Shown here in pieces: positions 13,492-25,300 of a DNA stretch of 64,000 bases (its first letter is position 1; the number at the start of each line of letters is the position of its first letter). The stretch comes from Tubulanus polymorphus (Eukaryota > Animalia > Nemertea), in assembly GCF_964204645.1 (NCBI RefSeq), contig NC_134034.1, positions 5,740,914 through 5,804,913 on the forward strand. Direction: 5' to 3'. The notes beneath the pieces were generated by a model, which saw only the letters and a list, made by a program, of their open reading frames with translations, did not search any database and was not told where the DNA came from. The position numbers were made by a program, and so were the translations under genes.

Positions 13492-14917
13492 TATGTGTAA
13501 GTGAATGTTCGCTAACACTTCAATGTCAATCAAAAATATCACCGGGTATTAAAATGAAACAATACCTATGGCGGATATGTGAAATAGTTATATTTTCACC
13601 AGCAATGAGCATTTGGAATTCGCCAGCATACGGCAATGAAACATTCACCATTATGCCTTTCCCATAATTATTTTAGTAGCATCGGAATTCCCCATATATC
13701 CCAAAAACAGCCAAACACATTCGTTCGTAAAGACAACGCCTCCCAATTGAGGTCACTGCAATCTTATACGCAAGAGTTAAGAATTTTCCCGCCAAAAACA
13801 GTTTTTCGGCGAATTTTAACTAAGCTGACCATGTCATCCACGGAGGTTCGCCATGTCTTCGATCGCATCGATTATATGTCGTTTAGGCTGAGAACCAATG
13901 AAACAAATGTTCGCATAAAAAAAACGTACAGCGACATTACATAATTGGCTCAATGCCAATTTCAATATCGCTAAAACAGGTAAACCAAAAACCGATGAAA
14001 CTTACACTGACAATGTGTGAAAAGCACACGTTGTATTCACTGTACCCCGCATGACGTCAAATGCATAGCATGTAGTCAGTGCAGGTTCAGAAAATTTGCG
14101 CACCTGTTATTCATTTTTCATACCAAGTTCAGTGTTTATCGAAAAAAAAACCATTTATTAGTGGAATATGGGTTAGTTATCTATTGAATCATAATTAGAA
14201 TTTTGATAAATAGGCTACACTTGATCTTTAAGTAATATTATTCCCTTTTTAATTCCTAAGTGTCTAATTCGCAGTCCACAACCCGTTTCAATTATTCCAT
14301 GTTAAATATGTGGTCCTGTTGTTTGATTTCTAGGTGCAATCTCATGTGTAATCTGTATCAGTTGTAAGGATCATTCATGGTGGTGAAAAGAATACATTTC
14401 ATTGTCTCAAGCTCCACCACTTTGTAATGCTTTCAAGTTACCTATATCTTAATTGTAACCACATGTTATACGCTTCACTAGTTTACACGAATACTTATTG
14501 ATTCATAGACAGATTATTTGCACCTTTGCGAATAATTAACCGGGTTTGACTGTATTTGGAGCGAAAAAATTTCCATCAGAAATGTTTTTCCTTTTTCCTG
14601 TTGTGTCGTTTTGGATTTAAATCAACTCCGATAGAAAGCATGCACATATTTCAACTCTTCCAGTGCCCATGTGTGAGTAAAACTCTTAGAGTACCCATCA
14701 TTTACCCAACGCTGAATGATTCATCCAATAAGCAAAACTGTTTGGCCTATAACAGAATGCTTGTCAGCTCCACATGAAGGAACTTCGGCTGATAAGACAT
14801 TTGTGACTTTTATAATTTGCGACTACCATGAATGAATAATCTTGATTTCGAAGTGAAACCACAATTGTTTTTCTTCTCATGAGCAGTTGAGGATCTGCGA
14901 TTCATGTGTGTACTTAA

Positions 14918-15794
14918 CCCTTACAATACCACAAGCGTATGGCATACGGTACAAATTGACAAGGTAGCATACCCGTACCGTATGTGATACAGTATCGCTT
15001 AACCCTTCTTCTAGAAGGGTATATCTATCAGTATGGTGCTGCCATCTGCATAACATCCGAGATGGCAACAGCCAGGAAAAAACAATTTGGCTGGATGAAA
15101 CGGTTCAGCAGCTCGTATATGATGCTGACAGTGATGCTGGTGACTTGGAATTTGGTAGTGAACAAATTGAGAGTGACATCGAATATGACAGCAGCAGTTC
15201 AGATGATGAGACTTAGTCAGAAAATAGGTTTAATAGGAAAATTGGTCACATATATCCAAATTATTTGTCTTATTTGTAAGCCCAAAGGTTATCAACACCC
15301 TGGTATACAATGTATCAGTGTCAAATACATAGGTAACAATTTTCTGAGGCCTAAAATTATATCCCAATAAAACCCCTTACATCCGGCCTTCCGACATATC
15401 AGTGGAAAAGTGGATAAATCAGTGAAAAAATAAATCTTTTAGTTGTGCTATTGCTTTGAAACTTTTAGTACATAAAGTAAGGATATATGGCATACAATTT
15501 CAGTTGGAATTGAATAGATCAGTGCATTTTGCTGGGAGACAGAGCAGTTTATCTGAAACTTTTTCGTGAATTTTTTCATGGCGGCCATCTTGGAGAATGT
15601 GACCTTGACCTCAAGTTCACTTATACCCACATTATTTATGTCTACTTTGTTGGCCCAAAAGTTATCAACAACATGCTATATAATTTTTCTGTGTCAGATA
15701 CCTTGGTAACTATTCCATTAAGCTTCAAATATACCCCTATAAACCCCTGATTCCCTCCGGTACAGCAGCGGAACACTATGTGGTATTGCAAGGG
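14918..15794 (+). mobile_element. piggyBac-like non-autonomous element with transposase N-terminal remnant
   Basis: TTAA|CCCTTACAATACCACA ... TGTGGTATTGCAAGGG|TAAA (16-bp TIR, 1 mismatch); internal acidic coding relic LDETVQQLVYDADSDAGDLEFGSEQIESDIEYDSSSSDDET*. Confidence 0.75.
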
Positions 15795-16529
15795 TAAATG
15801 GCAAAAACTGGTCGAATGTATTTTGAAATGTCAGTTACCAAGTTTGCCCATTTTTCCAATTCCGTTAAGTCGTAGCTGCAGCTATACCGCCATTTAAATG
15901 TGTATCAATACTCAATTTTGATTTTGATTCGCTACTGCGAGAACATACAAGCATAAACCAAATACTAAGACACTCCATTGAAGTGTCTTGAACACCCCCC
16001 AAAATAACTGGATTCAGACTACGGATGGTCGAAAAGTGAACGCAATAGCCATCTGGGGGACTAAAACAATTTTGCTTTTAAAAATATGGTTGAATCTATT
16101 ATATACCACAATTACTTAAAGCTCATGAACAATACGAAAAACTAACCCAGCATATTTTTCTGCAATACATGTAGTGCAAGCTATCACAAGATTATTCTTA
16201 TTGTCACTCAATTTGAGAGTAATCAGAAATCAGAAGTCTGAGAATCACTTCATTCAATGAATATAAAGCAATTCTCGTGAGAAAGTTTATAATACATTTG
16301 CATATTACATTCTAACCTCTCTTAGCAAATAAAACCTGCAGATCTCATCAAACGAATTAAAGACAGTGTGCATTAAACACAATCTCTTTGCACCAATCCG
16401 TAAAATCATAGGAATACTCATCCAGAAGATTAATACAAGAATGTACTTAAGGTGAATTTCCATTTGACTTCATTTGAAATCTCTTAATTCATTCTCTCCA
16501 TCTTATATTTAATGTACACCAAAGCAATG

Positions 16530-16742
16530 TCATAGCTCAGTTGTCATGGGAACTCGACGAGTGGCTTTTTTCTCCAAGGAATTAACATGCCAGGGTGATG
16601 CATCGTTTGCATTCGTTGATCTAGCTCGAACAATTGATGACGATGATGACGACGATGTTTTTGGTGGCGGGAGACTTTTGCTGCTCGTAGTGGATGTTTG
16701 ACGAGTCACCGCTAATCCACCGCCACTACTAAATGAAGTTTC
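16530..16742 (-). CDS. EPB41L5: Yurt terminal coding exon (ETSFSSGGG...SPWHV...RRVPMTTEL*)
   Basis: ttacag acceptor in phase 0; ends in class I PDZ-binding motif TTEL as in EPB41L5. Confidence 0.9.
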   Translation of the reverse strand, partial: ETSFSSGGGLAVTRQTSTTSSKSLPPPKTSSSSSSSIVRARSTNANDASPWHVNSLEKKATRRVPMTTEL

Positions 16743-19700
16743 CTGTAATATGCAAAACAAAGAGTTTAATTATTAATCTGTCAAAACTTCTATACCGGTA
16801 TACGCTAGATGTATAAATCAATGATTACATACATTAAAATCATCATTACCCCCATTATCTCCCTGAAACTGGTTAAAATCTGAGCAGACCGTTACTTGAT
16901 GTTTGTTGAAATATTTCTGTGACACTATAGTGTGTCCTAAGAAAGAGGTATTAGTTAAAAAATTAATTATTGTGCGTTGATAATAATAATTAAAATCAAC
17001 TAACTTTGTCCTGATCACCATTTGGGTGTTTACTAACTACAAATTGATTGTCAGGGTACTTGCTTCACGCAAGACTGTTATTGGTTCAGTTATTTACAAC
17101 ATGATGAAACAGTCATCTAACAAATTGGCATAGAAATATTTTACACAATATACAAGAATTTATTGAGCAGGAAAAATTTGAACATAGTTTTGAAGTTATT
17201 CAAAGGATTAAGTGGATATCTATCTATCAGGAAATGAACACGGAATGCTTGGTCATCAGCATTTCTAATATTCCAGCACAAGGTAAACTCACTCCTTAAG
17301 GGTAAAATATACCATCCTGGATACTTTGCTCAATTCAATAAAGGCGAAATGATTTTGAATGAAAAGATTGACCAATGTGTCATGTAATAATGACTTGAGG
17401 ACTTAAGTGTTTGTCATTTAATCATGCTGTAAATAGCTAAATGCTTTTCAATCATGCATGAAGCAACTGGCCTGAAAACTTTTAGAAGTTAGTAAACATA
17501 CAAAGGTAGATCGAGAATAATTGCCCATGGGCAAGGTGGTTTACCTTGAAAACTGGAGCATGTTTGGCAAGGGCTTTGAAAAAACTTTTTAATTCTAGAG
17601 TTCTATTTTATATTGAATTCATCTTTTTCAAAGAATCATTTTGTAGTCAAATACGGCCAAAAATATACATTTGTTTATGGTACATGTCCAAAATTTGGTA
17701 GGGTATAAGTGTAGGTGAGAAACTCTTTTATATTTTGAAAAACATTTTTCTCAATATGAAAAAATGTTTAAATAAATTCATATGATATCACCTATCAGAA
17801 GGGCGCTGAATATTGAAAGTCTTGGCTACCTCTTCCAATTTAGGGTCGGGAAGCTAACATACAGGTACTGGAAAAAATCGGTGTATGTAAGTGAATAGTT
17901 TTAAATGCCGATTTTACCACTAAAATACTTCAACTTTTACGCCAAGGAGACAATAGTTTGCTGCTTAGTATTTTCAGTAGAATTTAGTGATGGTGTTTTG
18001 TATATTTCACAAGAAATGATTATTCATTACAAATTCTACAAAACCCAAAACACAGTGCTCATCTTCACCTATAATAGCTTAAATGATTATTCATGATAAA
18101 TCATAATTACTTTACTAAACAAAACACTTTTATTTGAACAGCACTTGAGAAACAATGCATTCTTACATGCACTAGCAATAATGAACGAGCGTGTGCGTGC
18201 AACAGTATACTGATTAGCACTCGCACATGCGCGAAGGCCATAGTAGTTTAAGTGAACCTTTTTTCTGGGAAACACTTTAAACATCTTACTCCAATAACAC
18301 TGAGGTCAAGGATGTGCATAAGATTTTCATCCGTGCTATAACGGATGTTTTTTGTGAGTTTGGATTAGAAGAACATAAGACATTTTTAACAAAGAAATTG
18401 GTTAGCCACAACAAAATGCAAAGCAACTATATTATTGATTCATTAAGTGAATAAATGAAGATTGTCACACAAAATGCAAGCTCCTTCAATCTTATGCATT
18501 CACTACATCAATGCAGTTATTCATTTAATATGTAATTGCAAACTCCCATAAAAGAATTTATTCTGACGCAAAAATTACTTCATCAAAATCACCCGTATGT
18601 AATAATACTCTTGTCTACGATTGAAGGCAAATCAGAATGATATTCAAATAAAAGACATTGACCTTGATTCCCAACCAATTTTATCAATTTCCAATGAGTG
18701 TCAGTGATTTGAGTTTCATTTCTATGTTATTATGGAATGTTACCCTAATAGCGTGTATTTTTTGTTAGTTTTTGACATGCGCAATGCTCACTCCCATGAA
18801 GTGCTGAATTTCTATTAAGCCAAATAAAGCCATCAAAATAAAACATTGTTATCAGGGGGTACAATGACTTATTGAGCAGTATGAATGATTGATTTGATGG
18901 TTATCTGATAATTGAACTCATTATATTTGTCTTTTCCTGCAGTTACATGAATTTCAATGGTGTTATGATGAATGTTTTTTCTTGTTTGAATTAAAACAAA
19001 TTGGTTCACAGATTTGATTTTCATGAATGTGAAACTTCTATCAGATGCACACATAGGGGTCAGGGGTCCAGGGCGTGCTCCCCAGAAAATTTATGTCTAA
19101 TCAGAGGAAAGAGGTACAAGTAAAGTTTGGAAAAACATTCTGAAATGGAACTACCAATAATGGGCAACCATTCACCCAGTCTGACGGAGAGTGCAAAATT
19201 AGAGCCATGTAATAATTCACACTCAATCCTCTACTCATAAGCCGCGATTACATAGAGACGATTTGGCACTCATTTGATAACAAATAATTTTGTGACAAAT
19301 TGAGGTTAGTCACTTTCAGAACCAGTTTATATGCGCACAAACAATTTTTGACCTGTGCTTAAATTTGGCAGTGGCTTGGTCCGATATTTTTGGTCATGCC
19401 AAAATTGGCGCCATCAAATGGACATCAAATGGACATGGGCCCATTTGGCACCAACATGAAAAGTTGGCCTGGGCATAATCTGGTGCACACAAAATTTGGA
19501 TTTTTTGACACCTTATGAGATGTCAATTATATTTGGCTACTGAGTGACATGAAGCTAAGTTGTCTCATACTGTTCTATCATTGATGTACTGGTATAGAAA
19601 TTGAGCTTGTGAACCTGGCGTAGTCTTTGATGGAAGGGAGAGTCACTCTCGGAAAAAGCCAACGATAGTATAATCGACAGTGGTCAGGAAATGTTTGTCA

Positions 19701-22268
19701 CAGAACTCCTCTGTAACCACGGTTGTTCCGGTCTTCATCTACAGCGATTGCGCTTATGCCAAGATTGGTTTTTTTGTCCAAAACTAATGCGTTTACGCCA
19801 AAGAGTTGACTAATTTACAACCTCCGCATAATCATAGTTCCGGTTTTTATCGAATAGCAGCGCTAGTGTACTGCCTGTCACACCCGTCAGCAACATAGGT
19901 CAAAACAAACAGTCGTGTGCTGTGAGGATCAGCTGGCAAGTTTGCAAGCGTCCTGGCTACGTAAATTTGCATTACTGAGGTCACGACTGTATCATCATCA
20001 TTTTGTACACAGGATAGCTTATCTTGATCAATGCAACAGATGAAAATGCAAAGGTGGGAAAGAACCTTCCTGATAAGATTTATTACATGGCCCCCAATAA
20101 ACCAAAAAACATATTTCAGGCATATGGCAACAATGACTCATAAAATCAGTCGCAGTTGCTAAGGGAACATATTTTTTCTCATTAATCAGCATTTTTCTTT
20201 ACGGTACCTGTTCTGTTACCTGTGGCTACCAAAAAAATACCTCAATGTGACACTTGTCATAAAGAGGCAACTTGATCAGCCAAGAAAGGGTTTAGACCAT
20301 TCAGGTAATTATTTCATGCATAAATGATTTAAAAGGAACTGAACAGTGCTATTTCAACATGCACACCGTTTGAATAAAACATAATTAAAACTACAAGACC
20401 CAGCTCCGCAGCAGGACTATCATTCAATTTAGCTATTTCCTCAAAACTTGGAAATTTATGTTAATTTTTTCTCAACTACAACGAAACTGGTTCTTGTCAC
20501 AATGCGATTGAACAAAACACTTACGATGACTACATCACCACCGGTACCAAGTGCAATCTTGTCACCATGGAGACTACGAGAAGATAGCGGGGATAGGCTG
20601 CAAATATTGCGTGGTGATGATGATGATGATGCTGTACTGCTGCTACGAGACACTGGTGAAGACGGTGTAGGAATTTTCAATCTTGGGGTTGATGAGGTCA
20701 AACTCTTTGGTGATGTTGGAGTTCCTGTCAACTTACTGCTCGTTGAAGTAAGCGAAGGAATTTTTGACGTTGATTTGAACGAAGATTGTTTCTGGGGTGG
20801 AGTGGATTTTTTTGGGATCTTGCTAGTGCTGCGGGTATTCACATTATCATTCATGAATGGATTAAGAACATCTTTGTGAGCAGAGGCCTCTTCGTTGTTT
20901 GAATAAAAAGGATTTGTCCGCATCATAGACGTGGTGTTTTCTTCGTCAATAAAAAATGGATTCGTTTCTTGTGTATATTTTTGACCATCGCTGCTAAGCA
21001 ATGAAGCAGTTATTGTATCAAGTTCAACTGTAATTGGCGAAGAAGGGAAATCAATCATGATTTCTGCGGAGTCATATTTCATCGCAGAGGTGTTTGATCC
21101 GGATGAAATTTTTCGTATGGGTAATGCAGATCTTTTAGCAGGTTCACTCACTCCACCTTTTAGTGGGGGAGACGCTGTTGCATCTTTGGCGGATGAAATG
21201 TCAAAAGCTGCGGATTCTTTACAAGTAGCGGTTACAGGATTTACCGGACGATGGTCTGTTCTCACTTTTTGGGGCAGTTTAGATCCTGATAAGTTCCTCA
21301 CTTCAGAAGATGAATTCAAAGTCGATGTTTTCCCCTAAAGATAGAGATATGAGGCGGTAATGATAATGAATGTGAATGAAAGCCAAACGTTTTGACATCA
21401 GTGCAAAATACTGCAGTATACATGTGCCTACATAAATACTATCATCAACTATAATTTTTGTTACCGGAATTATCATTTTCCCAAATCCGTTTGAAAAAAC
21501 ACTTGCTTTCATGATAAAATCAACCAAATAAATACTCTCAAATTTACTTTTAAGGAAAACAATAATGGTTGCTTTCTTAACCGATTTGAGTCGAGTCACC
21601 ATTTATGCTAACAAATATGAAGGCAGGGTAATGATTAGAATGGAGCACACTACCGCAATTGGACTAACCACCACTGATTTATCATTTAATGGTACAAATT
21701 CAGACGTTATGCTAAAACAGGTATGTTAAAATTGATCTATACTAAGAGATGAACAGAATTTGGAAATACATTACACACATGTTAAAACTAATTAACCCTA
21801 TCCACAAATTATAATCCACTCATTGTACTTACCGAAAATGCAACACTTTTATCATTTGTTTCTAACAAATTGCGGGATGAATCGAGCCTAAAATGTACAA
21901 ATGAATGAGTTGCAATAAGAAAAATACATTTGCAGTTATCTATTTACAATACATGATCCTCTATCAACCCAAGTATCAAACATAAACTAGGAGTCCATGG
22001 ACACCATGCCCACTTGGTATGTGGTTTAAAATGATTAACAATCTAACAATTCAATATTCAGTGCCCCCTGGTGAAAATATAGTGAAATCAATGACCTTAC
22101 TACACTAAAACTTACTACAATCATAGAGATACTAAAACATTCTATCATTTAATGCCCCCTGGTGACCATATACAAAACCCAATGACCTTGAAACTCACCC
22201 CGATCATAGAACATGTCATGAGTACTATAGTCGGGTTCGTCAAAGATTCACTAAAATTGATAATTAAC

Positions 22269-22322
<54 letters not shown>

Positions 22323-25300
22323 TAACCAGTTATTTTGCGTCCAGGGGTAGAATGAACTAACCAGCGCTAAACCACAGGAAGATGATTTAGGCCAATCCCC
22401 CCAGACGACTGGTTAAACGCTCATGTACGATTGGTCAGTCTTTGTTTTACAGCAAGAGAAATAACTTTAATTGTTTAACTTAATTACAAGAGTCACTCAG
22501 TCACTCTGCAGCAAAAATTGTTTACAAGAAAATATAGTTACAGTCAGTGGTTTTTATGAACGCTTATGTACAGATAATAAATCCTGCACATAGAACTATG
22601 AATATGTAGATAATTAAAAATGAATTACTAACACATTTTATTTGAAGATTATTTTGTATATATTCCCTATAACACATTTGATAATATACTATGTATTATA
22701 CTTATATAATACCCTATAATATACCCTATAATATGAGCTACAACTTCGTAATTGATTACAGTTACTAAATATGTATAGATACGGTAGACAAATTGTATAT
22801 TATTCAATATTTAACTTCACCTGGTGCAAGAACAAAGAATCAGGTGATCCCAATCTCACGTGAGGAGATGTATCCAAAGCCATTGCTAAATTAAGATATC
22901 AAGACTATAAGTTAACCCTTTCACTGCCAGTATTTTGTAATTAATTCACCCTCTCCTGCCACTTAAAATTACAATTTTTGGAACTAAAATTTGTATTTCC
23001 GAGTAGTACTTACCCTTTCCTATGGTTTTTGCCAATATTTTCTAAATTTGGATTTATCGCCAATGGTTTTTCTATACGACCCGGCCCTGCGGTATTGCAT
23101 TTAGCCACCGGCGAAATCCGCCATCTTTTTTCGTCATAGCAGACCAAAAAAAAAAACAGCTATGCGGGGCAGGTGGGCGGGATTCCCACCATAGGAAAGG
23201 GTAAGTACTACTCGGAAATACAAATTTTAGTTCCAAAAATTGTAATATTTCCATCGAGTACTGTACCCTTTCCTATGGTTTTTGCTAGACTAGCCTAGCA
23301 CAAGGATGGTGGGAAAGGTAGATAGAAAAACCACCGCTCAAACGCAAGGTAAGAGGGAAAAAGAGAGCACTTACCCAAGCACGGAATGGAGCACTGTAGC
23401 ACAGGGAAGACCGGTTGGCCACAGTGAGTCCGTCCAGCTCAGGAGCCCCCCCAGAATTTTGCGAAATTAATACTTGCAGATATGAGCCCAAACTATGTAC
23501 AAGGATACACCCCCTGTGATCCTGATAATGCTACATAAATATTCTACACTAAAGGGTCCGATCGGAAAGAACGGACACCTTGAGCCATGACAACAGGACC
23601 AAGTGAAGCTAATGAGCCTAACTGGCCTGAAACATCCCGTAAATAAAATGACGTGAATGTCGACGGTGAATTCCAAAAGGCGGCCCGACAGACTTCCTCC
23701 AACGGAGCACCCGAAAAGGCTGCGCAGGAAGTAGCCATAGACCTCACTTGATGAGAAACGACTCCCTCCGAGGAAAGATTCTCCTTCAATAAAATGTCCT
23801 TGATCATTGAAGAGACCCATCGGGCTACTGTGTCCCGCGAAATATCACCCTTTAGGTGATCCAGCAGCGGAATAAATAACCGCTCCCGTGAACCCCTCCG
23901 TGAAGCAGAGCGATCTAAATAGAAACACAACGCCCGCACAGGACATAAAGTCCTGTCCGGGATGCCCGGTTCCACTCGATGTTTTAGGGCTTCAATTCGC
24001 CATTGACGCCCAACCGAGCCTGGTCGTTGGTTCTTTGCCAAAAATTCCAAAGCAGGCCGCAGCGAAACAAATTCATTCGCTGGCCCAAAGACAATGTGAC
24101 CTTGTCGGACTGAAAGCGCATGAATCTCAGAGCGACGGGCCGAGCAAGCCAAGAACAGCAAAAATACAGTCTTTTTTGACAAATTTGCAAAAGACGCTGC
24201 CGAAAGAGGTTCAAATGGAGCCTCCATTAACTTCTTCAAAATTACAGACAGATCCCATGGTGGAACTGTCCTTGTTACCCGAGGCCGGGAAATAGAAAAC
24301 CCAGCAACCAGCTGGGATATCCGATGATCCCCTGCTACATTTGGCCATCCAGAAGCACGCAATGTATGAGAAATCGCGGAGCGGTAACCTTTAATAGTTA
24401 TGACCTGTAAACCTTTTGCTACAAATAGGTGCAGTAAAAAATCTGCCAATTGAGCTACAGAGGGTGAGCATGGATCAATTTCCCCTGCAGCACACCAATC
24501 CGCAAAATGACTCCATTTGGCATCGTAAATGGTACTTGTTGATGGCCGCTTAGATCCTGCGATAAAGGAGGCAGCCTGTTCTGAAAAGCCTGAAGCTGAC
24601 AAGGATCGCTGGACAATGGCCAGGCGAGCAGATTTAACCACTGGCTGTTTGGATGATGCCGAAAGATCCCCTGAGACAGAAGCGATGGGAAATTCGGAAG
24701 AATCCTGGGGTTGTCGCACAGTAGGTTGAGAAGTGGTAGGAACCATTTCTGAGCCGGCCAACATGGTGCTACCAGAACTATGTTGCAATTGACTGATCTC
24801 TCTATTTGATCCAGTAGGCGCGGCAGGACTGGTGTGGGCGGGAACGCATACGCATGCATCCCCGACCAGTCCAGAGAGAAGGCATCGACCCCCCACGCTT
24901 CCGCGTCTGGAAACGGGGACACAAACAGAGGACACCTCCGATTGAACCGGGTGGCAAACAGATCCAGCAGCGGATTGCCAAAAATGCCCCGAACCCGATC
25001 GGCTACTTCTTGGTGGAGAACCCATTCTGTCGCAATAGCCTGACCTCGACGAGACAGAGCATCGGCCATCACGTTCCTTTTCCCTGCTAAATGTGCCACA
25101 GTCAGGGACACGCCCTTTGTCTGGCACCAAAGAAGAATTTTGGCCGACAGACCTGTGAGGGTTTCTGAGTGAGTGCCCCCTTGGTTCTGAAGGTAAGCCC
25201 TCACTGTTGAATTGTCTGTGGCTAACCAAACGTGGTGGCCCTCCACTCTCCTGTGAAAGAACTTCAGGGCCTTCCACACGGCCAGCATTTCTAGGAAATT

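Noticed and set aside
7000-16500. Possible additional gene between p35 and Yurt
   Set aside because: There are only short ORFs with no recognisable domains or phase-consistent exon chain; the region looks like 3' UTR/intergenic DNA with repeats.
19644-19738. Possible alternative terminal Yurt exon ([18 protein letters not shown]...)
   Set aside because: The polypyrimidine tract is poor. CDKHF...LPSI looks more like a decayed THAP-type transposon fragment, and neither reading is well supported.
20448-21338. Plus-strand ORFs of 143 aa and 93 aa
   Set aside because: They are antisense shadows of the large Yurt exon, with no independent coding signal.
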